60,264 nt of DNA, from positions 1-60,264 of IMG/VR virus record IMGVR_UViG_3300035198_000074. One strand, 5' to 3'. The position numbers and the translations under genes are program-made. Of this stretch, positions 46,505 to 56,380 are shown in pieces (within the stretch, counting starts at the first letter, position 1; each line of letters opens with the position of its first letter). This DNA comes from a virus. Lineage: Duplodnaviria > Caudoviricetes. The notes under the pieces were generated by a model. That model worked only from the letters and a program-made list of their open reading frames with translations, did not search any database and was not told where the DNA came from.

Positions 46505-46726
46505 TTATGATAGACATGATCTTACCTCCACCAATGCTTTCCCAAAATCGCCAAGCTCTCCTATATTCCAGTAATCTATATCCTGAATAAATTCAGAATC
46601 CCTATCTGAATAAATGGTTACTTTCATCCACACACTATCATCATCATCTATATCCCGAATAAAAATATGTTTCTCTCTCTTTTTGTTAATTTCAACATAA
46701 GCCTCGATTGGTCTTAATTTCATCAA
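46505..46726 (-). CDS. hypothetical protein
   Basis: GGAGG RBS. Confidence 0.5.
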   Translation of the reverse strand: MMKLRPIEAYVEINKKREKHIFIRDIDDDDSVWMKVTIYSDRDSEFIQDIDYWNIGELGDFGKALVEVRSCLS

Positions 46727-46807
46727 ATACCTCCATTATTCCATCTTATGAAATCATCTATCTCATACTCATTCATAATCCGATATACCTACGGGCTGTA
46801 ATTTAAA

Positions 46808-47095
46808 TCAATTCTTGTCCTTCGACCCTGAACTATTCCACTTTATTTTTGAATAATTATTCCTATATGCCTCACTTGTTCCCCCAGTAGTCGGCACATA
46901 CCCATTATCGCACAATTCCCTTGGCGGGCCCTCGCTGTGCTTGCGGTGCGGTACCCGCTTATTGCATCCGCATGTACATGCCCATCCCTGGCCATGGAGC
47001 TTACCATCACTCAACTCCATTTCATCATGAATGACATCATGCCTACGGGTAAATATTTCTGTCCATTTACCTTTCTTCATTTTATCACCATCCAA
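46808..47095 (-). CDS. hypothetical protein
   Basis: CACTCGC-like Cys cluster; SEAYRNNY..I.W motif. Confidence 0.5.
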   Translation of the reverse strand: MDGDKMKKGKWTEIFTRRHDVIHDEMELSDGKLHGQGWACTCGCNKRVPHRKHSEGPPRELCDNGYVPTTGGTSEAYRNNYSKIKWNSSGSKDKN

Positions 47096-47182
47096 GCATA
47101 TGTAAGATTGTTCCGAGTATAAAGAGAGCCATTTCTATAGCTATAAAAATTAATTCTAACTTATTAGGACACAGTAATTTTA

Positions 47183-47464
47183 TCATTTTATCACCATCAT
47201 CTTCCTATCCTGCCTCTCAGCAATTGCCCTCATTGCTATATCTCGCTTACTCTCAAACTCTCTTGGAGCAGGATTAAATATTGAATTCATGTACTTACAC
47301 ATATCACAAATCTTCTCGCCTTCCCGAATCTTGCCTCCGCAGGGACACAGACGCTCCTCATCCATATTGCTTATGTTTGTCCCTATCTCCATATTACTTA
47401 CATTCACTTCCGCCCCCATATTGCCTACGCCTCTCCCCATGTCCATGTCAATGCCCCCTTCCAT
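47183..47464 (-). CDS. hypothetical Zn-finger protein
   Basis: CPCG...CDMC. Confidence 0.45.
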   Translation of the reverse strand: MEGGIDMDMGRGVGNMGAEVNVSNMEIGTNISNMDEERLCPCGGKIREGEKICDMCKYMNSIFNPAPREFESKRDIAMRAIAERQDRKMMVIK

Positions 47465-47759
47465 CCCCCATCATCCATAACCTCCACCACAGATAAGGGT
47501 ATCTTCATATCCATGATCATGTCAAATACCCATATAATATCTCCTACTTTTATTTCCAGGTCAGGGGAAGTATCGGTTAACATTTATCATTTCCTTTTCT
47601 TGATTCTATATGGACATTGCACATTACTGCACGATTTCGCCTCTGAGCATACACCATCATCAATCCATACGGTTATTATACTATGTTTACATTTTTTCGC
47701 AATATGGACACTCACAACTATCTCCTTTTACATAGATATTTACGCATGGATGTTTACTC

Positions 47760-49331
47760 CTACCCTCCATACAGTGATTGTACTGAACTTGCAATTGCTG
47801 CCTTCTTTCTACCTGCTGGTAACTTAATCCTCGCCTCCCTATCCATTTGAAACAATTTAGCTATGCCATGCGACAACCCTGCGGCTGGATGTGAGTTAAT
47901 ATCCCGATTATCAGGCTCATCTGATACCTTGCCACTGGCAGATTTATGATAGTGCCACCCACCTGATAATGCCCTATGGAGTATCTTCTCATGCTTGCTT
48001 ACCACAAACATAGGCTCCCCGCTTCCTATTTCTGATAGTAGAAGCTGCTTCAATGCCTCCTTTCTCGGCCCCCACCTCAACACTCCCCCTTCATATCTGG
48101 TATTTAACTCTTTCTCAATAATGGATGCTGCCGTCTGGGAACTATCAGATGGGTCACGATCCGCAAGAGTAGGATCGCCTAAATCTCGCCACTTAGTGAT
48201 TGCGTGATAGCGGTTCTGAATAAGTGGCTTTACCTGATCATCTAAGAATTGCTTCATCCCATATCCCAATATAGGCGCCCTCAATGTATCTGTGACAATG
48301 AACTTTCCCCTGGGCGTCCATTGAGCAAATACCACAGATGGGTGCATATCTCCATCCCAGAATCTATACGTAGTCTGATTTGGCATAGGGTCAAGGTCTT
48401 TATCAGACCTATGCCAGGGGCCATTATTCTTAGTTGCCTGGTATTCAGGGGTTACCGCAACCCCCTGCTGGACATGGGCAGGTCTACCTACAACCAGTCT
48501 ATCGAGCAAGTCAGGCCGCCCCCGAAGTGATGCTTCCATTGTCTTGCGGTAGACAATATCAATGTGCGGATTCTCTCCTCTTGGGATTCGGAACATCCTC
48601 CTATCCCATCCCCCCTCTTCATAAAACCTTACCCATGTCCAGTGATCTTCGGCAGGATAATTCTCTGTTATCATCCCGTGCCTTCGCTTTACCAATATCT
48701 CTGGTCCATTCCCGAAGTCTGTCCTTACCAGAGCTCCCATCCTCAGTCCCTCCTTGACCTCGGCAGGTGTCAGGCGCTCTTTTCCTCCCAATGCATCCAT
48801 CTTTTCTATAAACTCAGACGCCTCATTCGACATAATTGGATGTCGGAGTGAGGTAAGTCCAATTGTCCACACTTCTTCAGCTATCCCTCTCCCAATTTCC
48901 TCCTGCATGGCTGGGGCAGCTTCCTCCATCCATAGCCCGAATAATTGCATGGATTGTAACTGGTTAAGGTCGTCTGGGGAATCTACCCCAAAAAGGTAGG
49001 CTGTCCACCTTCCTGGAAGTTCTATATATCTGCCACCATCCCTTATAATTAGCATTTTCCGTATTTGGGCTGCGAATGAGTCTGGTTGAGGAAGAGTAAA
49101 GCTCTTAAGAGTGGTTCGGTCAAGGTTTGTCCATGTATCACGCACTATGGCCCAAGGAAGAGGCAGATATTGCTTATCAATAAGCGAGGCCCAGAAAGTC
49201 ATATCCATAATGCCTCCCTGTGTCTTACCTTCGCCTCTGGGGGAAACAATGAGCTTCTCAGGCGCATCGCATTTAATGAAATCCCATTGGGTAGGATTGG
49301 GAAGTAGCTTAACCTGTAATAGTTCAGTCAT
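47760..49331 (-). CDS. terL: terminase large subunit
   Basis: PNPTQ adenine motif, PRGEGKT Walker A, WMEEA Walker B, ENPH, RNase H-like FWD and GDP motifs. Confidence 0.85.
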   Translation of the reverse strand: MTELLQVKLLPNPTQWDFIKCDAPEKLIVSPRGEGKTQGGIMDMTFWASLIDKQYLPLPWAIVRDTWTNLDRTTLKSFTLPQPDSFAAQIRKMLIIRDGGRYIELPGRWTAYLFGVDSPDDLNQLQSMQLFGLWMEEAAPAMQEEIGRGIAEEVWTIGLTSLRHPIMSNEASEFIEKMDALGGKERLTPAEVKEGLRMGALVRTDFGNGPEILVKRRHGMITENYPAEDHWTWVRFYEEGGWDRRMFRIPRGENPHIDIVYRKTMEASLRGRPDLLDRLVVGRPAHVQQGVAVTPEYQATKNNGPWHRSDKDLDPMPNQTTYRFWDGDMHPSVVFAQWTPRGKFIVTDTLRAPILGYGMKQFLDDQVKPLIQNRYHAITKWRDLGDPTLADRDPSDSSQTAASIIEKELNTRYEGGVLRWGPRKEALKQLLLSEIGSGEPMFVVSKHEKILHRALSGGWHYHKSASGKVSDEPDNRDINSHPAAGLSHGIAKLFQMDREARIKLPAGRKKAAIASSVQSLYGG

Positions 49332-49571
49332 ACAAATCTCTTATACTATCTGGAGATGGGTTTGCTTTCCATGTAGCCATAATATTACCTTCCGCATCAA
49401 GGAATGTGCCATACATCCCCCATATTACCACCACTACCCCATTATTGTGGGCCTCCTTCACTTCTTCATTATTGCAGGTATTTTTATCCATATCCACCTC
49501 AACCACCTCTCCACCAAGTATCTAATATACTTAAGGATGTAGGCTCAGCAGAAGGGATAAAGTAGTGATTT

Positions 49572-49844
49572 CTAATCTTCATTAAAGTATTTGCATCCCA
49601 TATTTAATAGCCACGGCTGCGGGCCAATATTTAGCGGAAACAGCTTGCAGTATTCTGGTTTGGCATCCTGCACCGCACATTTGTTATCCTTCGTGAGCCA
49701 TTTACATACCGATGGCACATATACATGCTCCCCCACAACTCTCCCACCTCGCCCCTCCACCCACTTCAGATCGTAATTGACCTGTTCGAGACGGAGATGG
49801 GAAGTACGGCAGCATATCCCGCACTGACGGCAGTAATGCTTAAT
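49572..49844 (-). CDS. YkgJ-like CxxCxxCC (Fe-S/Zn) protein with probable ATT start
   Basis: CRQCGICC...C.WL...KC.V...KP..C..FP; frame extends 5' of the track ORF to an ATT after GAGGAG. Confidence 0.65.
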   Translation of the reverse strand: MKHYCRQCGICCRTSHLRLEQVNYDLKWVEGRGGRVVGEHVYVPSVCKWLTKDNKCAVQDAKPEYCKLFPLNIGPQPWLLNMGCKYFNED

Positions 49845-49995
49845 TTTCCCGCTCCTCTACAATCCACTTATAAATCTCTTGCGCTCTGTCTATAAGCTGA
49901 GACTCTCTTATTTTATCTGTTTTATCTGAGTCGTATTCTAACGCTAATTCTAATGCTAATTTAATACACATCAATCTAAGTTCATCTCTTTCCAT
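49840..49995 (-). CDS. small hypothetical protein (MERDELRL...)
   Basis: AAAGGAGG RBS; 51 aa, below the track cutoff. Confidence 0.55.
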   Translation of the reverse strand: MERDELRLMCIKLALELALEYDSDKTDKIRESQLIDRAQEIYKWIVEEREN

Positions 49996-50212
49996 TTGTG
50001 CCCTCCTTTTGGCGACGTACTGCCCTACACGCTTTCTCTGTTAGCTTCATCCACCCATCTTCCCGCCTATGCCATACTTCCATTACCTTTTCGCCATGGT
50101 CCAATGCCGATACCTTATACTTATATTGCCCCTTGCGGTTGGTGATTCCTGTATTGAGAATATCCACTCTATCAATTGCGAGATTGTTAATGAATGCTAC
50201 AATATGCAACAT
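49982..50212 (-). CDS. hypothetical protein
   Basis: ML.I...IN...I..V.I.N, H.R.DGW..L pattern. Confidence 0.55.
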   Translation of the reverse strand: MLHIVAFINNLAIDRVDILNTGITNRKGQYKYKVSALDHGEKVMEVWHRREDGWMKLTEKACRAVRRQKEGTNGKR

Positions 50213-50239
50213 GTTATTTCTACCTTAACATACTTCGCC

Positions 50240-50640
50240 AGTTTTTCAAGGTAAATTTTTCACGCCAATTTTCCAAGGTAAATTTTGCATACCAGTTTTT
50301 CCAGGTAATTTTTGTCTCCTAAATTTTCCAAGCAATTTTGTCCACAGAAATTTTCCAGGTAAATCTCGCCCCCTAAATTTTCCCCCAGAAATTTTCAAGC
50401 ACAAATTTTTAGGCCCAATTTTCCAGGTAGAAATTTTTAGGCATAATTTTCTGGACAACAATTTTTCGCCTCATCTGCGAGGTAAGAATTTTTTGGCGTA
50501 TGCAAGACATAAGAATTTTCCGACCTACCTGCCTGGGCAGAATTTTTGCCCCATTTATTTGGACAGAATTTTTGCCCCATTTATTTGGGCAGAATTTTTT
50601 GGCGCATGGCATCTAACAGAATTTTTTGGCGCATGGCGTA
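50240..50640. repeat. phased AATTTT array (13-14 bp then 26-27 bp period), candidate packaging (pac) site
   Basis: About 23 AATTTT-type cores at regular spacing in the non-coding gap between terS and terL. Confidence 0.75.
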
Positions 50641-50963
50641 GAGTTGGATGGGGGGAGACCTTGTTACCATATATATGCTCCCCGACCCAAGGGGGGTATC
50701 CATGGTTTTTTGATTTCCCACTATTCCCATAGATATGGTATGGTATCCTATTTGTCATCATCACTATCCTCCCCCTTCACCTAAACAGGGTATGATAATA
50801 TCTAATTCTGTCTACTTTGACTATAATATCCAAATTAGAAACATACATTATTTTAATAAGTTACAATCCATAATTAAAGTAAATTGTTTTTCCACAATAA
50901 ACCTGCCCGCAAATCCTTTATTTCTGGGCTATGTAGACTTTGCATAGATGCCAAATCTATCTT

Positions 50964-51446
50964 TCATAAGTCAATTTCCTTGCGATCAGTGGCCCGGCGG
51001 GGCGGGATAACCTGGAGAATTATATCTCCTCCATCTTTACCGGTATGTTCCTGGACGTCCCTAAAACGTCCTTTTGCTTTGCCTAATAATTCCGCAAACT
51101 TAGCTCTGGCCGAAAAATCTGGCGTTTCCAGGGTATCAGTGATCTTGCCCCGGAATGTTGCAAAATTGAAACGTGTCGAATTTAAGCCTTCCTTTAATTT
51201 CTCGGCCAATAAATTATCGGAAAGTCCTTTGATTTCGAGAAGTTGGTCGAACTCAATATTAAGTTTCTTTAATCTTCCGTACCCGGCCACAGCCAGAGAC
51301 TGTCTATTTTTCGACATACTCCCAGCATGTTTTTCGCATTGCCAAAGTGGTTTGCCTTGTAAATAGTAGTCAAGGAAACGGCGGTCTTTAAGGCTAAGTT
51401 TGCGTGTACCTATTAGTTTGGGTATATCCGGCGGTGATAATGGCAT
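50964..51446 (-). CDS. terS: terminase small subunit
   Basis: LS.K.RRFLDYY..G....AG HTH, ELLGK..G.F, EHTGKDGG.I tail; first gene of the late arm. Confidence 0.8.
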   Translation of the reverse strand: MPLSPPDIPKLIGTRKLSLKDRRFLDYYLQGKPLWQCEKHAGSMSKNRQSLAVAGYGRLKKLNIEFDQLLEIKGLSDNLLAEKLKEGLNSTRFNFATFRGKITDTLETPDFSARAKFAELLGKAKGRFRDVQEHTGKDGGDIILQVIPPRRATDRKEIDL

Positions 51447-51470
51447 AATGTATACTCCTCCTAAGCAGTT

Positions 51471-51499
51471 AATATAGCATAATATTTGATGTTAGGCAA
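51471..51499 (-). promoter_or_regulatory. sigma70-type promoter of the late arm
   Basis: TTGCCT-17 nt-TATATT with extended TG, upstream of the AGGAGG RBS of terS. Confidence 0.55.
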
Positions 51500-51588
51500 G
51501 GAGATAATGAGTAAATATAATTTTAGATGTTATTGGGCGCATACCGCAAAAATTGTTAGTTTGTGCATAAAATTTTTATCTTTTGTAG

Positions 51589-51601
51589 AATCAAGTAGTT
51601 A
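51589..51601 (+). promoter_or_regulatory. IHF consensus site
   Basis: AATCAAGTAGTTA matches WATCAANNNNTTR. Confidence 0.55.
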
Positions 51602-51707
51602 GGCGAGTTATCAACATTTCTACAGGACGTAAATTGTCAGTCTGATGTAAAATGCGACAAGTGACAAAGTTTGCGCTATTGAAATCATTGAGGATTTTTG
51701 TTTGGGG

Positions 51708-51724
51708 TTGGCATGAGGGTTGCA
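51708..51724 (+). promoter_or_regulatory. sigma54 (-24/-12) promoter of the early arm
   Basis: TTGGCATGAGGGTTGCA: TGGC-N-TTGCA with exact GG-N10-GC spacing. Confidence 0.7.
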
Positions 51725-51736
51725 GTATTAAATGTT

Positions 51737-52045
51737 ATGAAAAATTTAATAAATCTCATTTACCAGCGGGCTGCGGAGCAAAACATAAAGATAGAGTCCG
51801 CACCCTCCCATCGAAGGGATAAAGACCATATTAGTGCAGGCCGCCGCTCGGTTACAATGCCGAATGGCAGAGTGTATGATTACAGGGACACTCTGATCGG
51901 CATTGGCCTGCGACTCAACCTGATAACTCAGGCTGAGTACGAGGAGGCGTTATTGCGCAATCCTCGTAATATGCGCTGCCCTCGATGCGGCAGGGTAACC
52001 GAGAAAGAGGTAGTAACCCAATTTGGGTACTGCCTAAATTGCTAA
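51737..52045 (+). CDS. first early gene, Zn-ribbon protein (probably leaderless)
   Basis: ATG about 2 nt after the predicted sigma54 start site, no SD; CPRC...CLNC. Confidence 0.6.
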   Translation: MKNLINLIYQRAAEQNIKIESAPSHRRDKDHISAGRRSVTMPNGRVYDYRDTLIGIGLRLNLITQAEYEEALLRNPRNMRCPRCGRVTEKEVVTQFGYCLNC

Positions 52046-52055
52046 GGAGGAGAAA

Positions 52056-52478
52056 ATGAAAGTAATCGTACCACGGAAAGCAGAAGTAACGGTAAAACGG
52101 CCAGACGGGACGGTGGAAACCATCGTCCATCCTAAAATTGACTATTTTACCCCCGCACTTTTTGACCGTTTTCGGCAGGCAATGAAGGACGCTGGGCGAG
52201 GCGCAGCGCTTTCCTACCACAACATCGATGCGGTTGTCGAGATGGAAGAATCCGATTATCAAGGTCGCTGTGAGAGATGCGGTGCGAAGATTGATACTCG
52301 GAAAGCCTACTCCCAAAAAGAGTGGACCAGATTTGGTGGGCAGAAAGTTGGGGTAATCGCCCATTACTGTGACTCCTGCCATAACATTCTGACCACGGTT
52401 GGCGCCGGTGAAATCACAGACATGGAACATCGAGCTGGGTACGTCCCAAGCTACGAACCCTACACAAAGGAGGATTAA
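52056..52478 (+). CDS. early Zn-finger protein
   Basis: AAGGAGG RBS; CERC...YCDSC. Confidence 0.65.
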   Translation: MKVIVPRKAEVTVKRPDGTVETIVHPKIDYFTPALFDRFRQAMKDAGRGAALSYHNIDAVVEMEESDYQGRCERCGAKIDTRKAYSQKEWTRFGGQKVGVIAHYCDSCHNILTTVGAGEITDMEHRAGYVPSYEPYTKED

Positions 52479-52482
52479 TATC

Positions 52483-52761
52483 ATGAAAAAAGGATGGACA
52501 AAAAAGTCATATGATGCGCTGTATTTTTGGATTGATACCACAAAGAGGCCGAAAGTGCGCGAAACTCTATTGCAGGACGGACTCAACGACATTGTAAGTC
52601 GCCTGGAGTCCGCCAAGAACCTCGGAGAATGGTATAAGATTACGCAGGAGGCTGCTGCCGCTGTTGGTCCTAGAGTTGTCGAAAAATCTGCAATGGAAGC
52701 GGAGTTAGCTCTTGATAAGGCCGCCGCTATCGGTCGCAAGGGAGGTACAATAAGAAGGTAA
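52483..52761 (+). CDS. early hypothetical protein
   Basis: AAGGAGG RBS; C-terminal AAAIGRKGG (KGG motif). Confidence 0.6.
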   Translation: MKKGWTKKSYDALYFWIDTTKRPKVRETLLQDGLNDIVSRLESAKNLGEWYKITQEAAAAVGPRVVEKSAMEAELALDKAAAIGRKGGTIRR

Positions 52762-52874
52762 AGGGTTGGCTGGATACCCGATAACCAGCCCGTGTGGAGA
52801 TTAACCCACTCCGCACTCCACGAGACGGAGTGACACTTGACGGGTTGGCCAGTACTCCTGGCAGGGAGGAGAAA

Positions 52875-53276
52875 ATGATAATTTATTTAAAAGGGGATCC
52901 CAGTTGGGATATCCCCAAGAATGATCTTGGCGGCCAAGCTGGCTCTGTAGAGAGACGGCCTGACCTTGATCGGGATGGGTACAGAGCTTATGCACTGTAC
53001 CGAGAAAGCCACAACTTTGGCTATCCCCACCCAATAGGTGGAGAAGAAGGCCGCCCTTGCTGCAAGTGCGGCCGCATAACTCCGGTAAGATTACTGGAGT
53101 TATGTCCTGAGTGTGAAGAGGAGCTCAACCTTTTAGAAGAGGTTGAGCTAAAACCCCACGTAAAGAAGTGGGGTAACGTGGAAGAGATTGCTGACCGGTT
53201 TTTACACCGGAAGGCAACTATAGGGGAACTTCGGGCCGCCGTAAATGCGGCCAAGAAGTCCTATAAGGGAGAGTAA
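52875..53276 (+). CDS. early Zn-finger protein
   Basis: GGGAGGAG RBS; CCKC...CPEC. Confidence 0.6.
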   Translation: MIIYLKGDPSWDIPKNDLGGQAGSVERRPDLDRDGYRAYALYRESHNFGYPHPIGGEEGRPCCKCGRITPVRLLELCPECEEELNLLEEVELKPHVKKWGNVEEIADRFLHRKATIGELRAAVNAAKKSYKGE

Positions 53277-53300
53277 AACTCTCCTAAAATTTAGAGGTTA

Positions 53301-53410
53301 GAGGCTCCCCGTAAAGCCTCGACTTAGGCTTCAGCCTCGCCGTGTGGGTGATAGGTTGAAGCCTATTTTTTTATTTAGCTGTCCTATCGGCCATACGGGG
53401 AGAGAGGGAG
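53301..53410 (+). terminator. terminator hairpin nested in a larger structured element
   Basis: TAGGCTTCAGCCT/AGGTTGAAGCCTA plus T7, inside CTCCCCGTA/TACGGGGAG arms. Confidence 0.6.
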
Positions 53411-53419
53411 ATGACATAA

Positions 53420-54019
53420 ATGAGAACGTTAATTGTCAAATATCAAGGTACATGTAAAAAATGCGGTAAAACTTTAGATATTGGCGAACAAGCTATGTAT
53501 AAAAAATCTATGGGTATTTTTTGTATTGGATGCGAACCCAAAGAAATTGAAGAAATAAGAGCCTTTAGATTGGCTAAGGCTGAAGCGAAGGCTGAGCGGT
53601 ATAAAGAATGGGCAGAAAAAAGAGAACAAAAAGCTTTGGCTCAATTAAATAGCAACCCAGAAATAAGGCATGACTGGGCTTTTATTACTCAACCTGGGTA
53701 TATCCCAACGAGAGCCCGAATGATACAAGCCGATAATAAGGCACATGAAAGTTTACATATTGCTAAAGAAATGAGAAATAAAGCCGAAAATTTACTAAAT
53801 GTTAGGGTTGCGGGAGATGCCGAAAGAAATAGAGAAATCAAAAGACAAGCTAATGATGCGCTCATAACAAAAGGCTCAAAAGTCTATGATCCTGTTTTCG
53901 GGGAAGGAATAGTTTTAAGTATCCATAAAAAATCTTACCGTATCCAGTTTAATACTAAAAGTAATGATGGCCAATTGTTGGTTTATGCCAGGGATAAGAG
54001 TTATATTAAACCATTATGA
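53420..54019 (+). CDS. DUF3560-like early protein
   Basis: N-terminal KY.G.C..CG Zn ribbon; KAERY..WAEK..., QPG; C-terminal SH3/KOW-like segment. Confidence 0.6.
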   Translation: MRTLIVKYQGTCKKCGKTLDIGEQAMYKKSMGIFCIGCEPKEIEEIRAFRLAKAEAKAERYKEWAEKREQKALAQLNSNPEIRHDWAFITQPGYIPTRARMIQADNKAHESLHIAKEMRNKAENLLNVRVAGDAERNREIKRQANDALITKGSKVYDPVFGEGIVLSIHKKSYRIQFNTKSNDGQLLVYARDKSYIKPL

Positions 54020-54082
54020 ATAAGAAATCACTTTTAACTATAGACGGCCCGGCATAACACCGAGGCGAAAGGAGATAATACC

Positions 54083-54700
54083 ATGTATAATAAAGAAAAT
54101 TTTACAGTGGCCAAAGTAGCGTCAAAAGACGAACAAAGATATAGAATTAATTCTATCTATTGTCATCCCAAGTATACAGTTGGATGTGATGGCTATGCTC
54201 TAATGATTGTGACAGCCCCAAAAGTGGATATAAAAGATATGCCTACACCGCCTGAAGGTGAACTTACAGATAAATTTGAACCTTTCTTGCTGGATTTAAA
54301 TGACGCCAAAAAGGTCGAAAAGTCTATTCCTCAAAAGGTAACGTTTCCAACTCAAAAACATGCAGCCATTATTAAAACCAAAAATGATAATGCTTTTGCT
54401 AAGATATTTACGACTGATCTCCAAAGTCAAAACATTACAGTATCAAAGAAAGTTGAGGGTGAATATCCTCAATTTGGCAGGGTGTTTCCTAAAGGTAAAC
54501 CTGTAAAGACAATCCGAGTGCAAACTAAATTACTTAGAAACTTACTCAGTGCCATTGAAGAGGCCCAAGGACCGGCAAAAATGCCTTATGTTGATCTCCA
54601 AATATATGATAATGAAGAAGGGCCTATTAGGTTAAGCTCCATCAACCAGAACACAAATCAAAAGATTACAGCCGTATTAATGGCAATGAAAAAAATATAA
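54083..54700 (+). CDS. DNA sliding-clamp (beta-clamp)-like protein
   Basis: ASKDE.RY.IN, VGCDGY.L, EGEYP.F.RVFP, AVLM. Confidence 0.65.
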   Translation: MYNKENFTVAKVASKDEQRYRINSIYCHPKYTVGCDGYALMIVTAPKVDIKDMPTPPEGELTDKFEPFLLDLNDAKKVEKSIPQKVTFPTQKHAAIIKTKNDNAFAKIFTTDLQSQNITVSKKVEGEYPQFGRVFPKGKPVKTIRVQTKLLRNLLSAIEEAQGPAKMPYVDLQIYDNEEGPIRLSSINQNTNQKITAVLMAMKKI

Positions 54701-55240
54701 AGAGATAGGAGAAAATAAGGCATGATAATTCTTAAGGGTTTTATCGCTGTCATCCTTGAACCTTTTGCAGCATCACTGCTAATCGTTATACTGCAAGTCA
54801 TTATAAACCTGCTGGAAGGAGGTGATTAAAATGAAAGAAATAATCATAATTGAGCTATCAGAATCAGACAAAGAACAAAGCTCAGAAATAGTTAGGACAA
54901 TTGAAGAGCTTTTAGCAGGAAAAATCTCATATGATGAGATTCGAGTAGTAAAGTTATAAGATGCAATTAAAAGACTATGGTGAAATCAATAATGATACGA
55001 AAGAGGAAACAGACCCTCAACTTAATCTCAATATTATAAAAGGAGGTGAGTAGCATGGGAAAGTGTCATTACTGTGACCTATGTGGAAAAATTACTTGGG
55101 TTCTTTATGATATTATTACAATAGACGGCACAATTATCTCAGTCTGTAGGGAGTGCTTTTACGCAACCCCTATCGACAAGGTTGAGATTGGTAACTAATA
55201 ACATCCTCAATCAAATATTATGATAAAGGGAGGTGACATT

Positions 55241-55495
55241 ATGAGTGATTTCATAATGACCAATGTAAATTATTATCCTAAAGTTGGGGACCAGGTATCA
55301 GGCATGGCAGGCAAAAGACTTGTGTCTGGCAAAGTTATTGCTTCAAAAAGAAATCCGCTGAAGCCTGCTATTTTTAGCCGGCATGGATTTGTAGGGCTTT
55401 ACATTCTCTGCGAAGATGGAAAGCAGAGAGTGATTAATGAAGTATGCCCTAAAGATACAAATGAGAGAGTAACCTTTATTTCGAGGAATAGATAA
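55241..55495 (+). CDS. small beta-barrel (SH3-like) hypothetical protein
   Basis: GGAGGTG RBS; PKVGDQV. Confidence 0.5.
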   Translation: MSDFIMTNVNYYPKVGDQVSGMAGKRLVSGKVIASKRNPLKPAIFSRHGFVGLYILCEDGKQRVINEVCPKDTNERVTFISRNR

Positions 55496-55945
55496 GAAGA
55501 TGTATAAAATTTATTTGAAAGGTGAAGTAATTGGCTTTCACCCCATATATTGTGGCTGCTTGCATGAGAAAATCAAGGTATTGTTATTCTTTGCAAGCCT
55601 CATGCGAGACTATGAAAATATTTGGCTTTGCGCAATAAAAATACCTTGACAAAAGTAGATTTCTATTGTAAAAGGTCATCATTCAATTCATATGAAACTC
55701 CCGAAAGGAATACTTTCATGAAAGATCGAATATGTCCCCATTGTGGATTAGCAAATCTAAAATATCGCTTGACCTGCCAAAAATGCGGCGAAAGATTATC
55801 TCCTAAAAGTACAAAATTATTCTCCCCTAAAAAGATAAAGGCATTTGGTAAACGATTGCAACAAACCGAACAATAAGAAAGGATCCTCTTTTGACCTCTC
55901 ACACCCTCGCCAAATCTATTCAATCTATCCAGAAAGGAGAAAAGC

Positions 55946-56380
55946 ATGGAAAAGATATTTCATGTTAAGGGAGAAATATTTGAACAAATTGTCATTTTCC
56001 CTGATTATATTGAATGCAGAAATGGAACAATGTCAGTGGTGCTCCTGCCAGAAGATATTGGGTGCATTGATTATTTTAATGGTCAATTGTGCCAAGATAC
56101 TGAATGCAGGCATCATATTCATTGCATTGAACTTGGCAATTGTGTATTAAATAATGAAAAAGAAATGACCCTTGAAGAGATAGGGGAAGTAATGGGGTTT
56201 TCAAGAGAAGCGGCCAGGTTAAATGAAGCGCAGGCTTTATTCAATAGTAAAAAGAAGCTAAAAATCATGAATAAGCGTCTTGTTTGGGGTACATCTGATT
56301 TCATTGACACATATGATGAATGGCCGCCATATAATCGTATACCTAAATATCTAACAAGGGAGAGAAAATTTGCCCGCTAA
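55946..56380 (+). CDS. sigma70 region-4-like HTH regulator
   Basis: MTLEEIGEVMGFSREAARLNEAQAL preceded by a Cys/His cluster. Confidence 0.7.
   Translation: MEKIFHVKGEIFEQIVIFPDYIECRNGTMSVVLLPEDIGCIDYFNGQLCQDTECRHHIHCIELGNCVLNNEKEMTLEEIGEVMGFSREAARLNEAQALFNSKKKLKIMNKRLVWGTSDFIDTYDEWPPYNRIPKYLTRERKFAR

Noticed and set aside
46453-46518. Programmed -1 frameshift giving a ...SKAYRQNYDLIRWDK peptide similar to the end of 46808-47095
   Set aside because: The RBS and ATG are one base out of frame with the motif and only a weak A-AAG slip site is present; a frameshifted relic or sequence error is equally likely.
50520-50534. CCGACCTACCT matching an element right arm
   Set aside because: It is an isolated 11-bp match without a left arm or RBS, so it is plausibly chance.
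50240-50640. CRISPR array, or the ORFs 50246-50461, 50409-50612 and 50493-50732
   Set aside because: The units are too short and degenerate, with no unique 30-40 bp spacers and no cas genes. The ORFs are repeat translations without RBS.
51915-52739. 274-aa - strand ORF
   Set aside because: It is antisense to three + strand genes, two with strong RBSs, and has no recognisable motifs.
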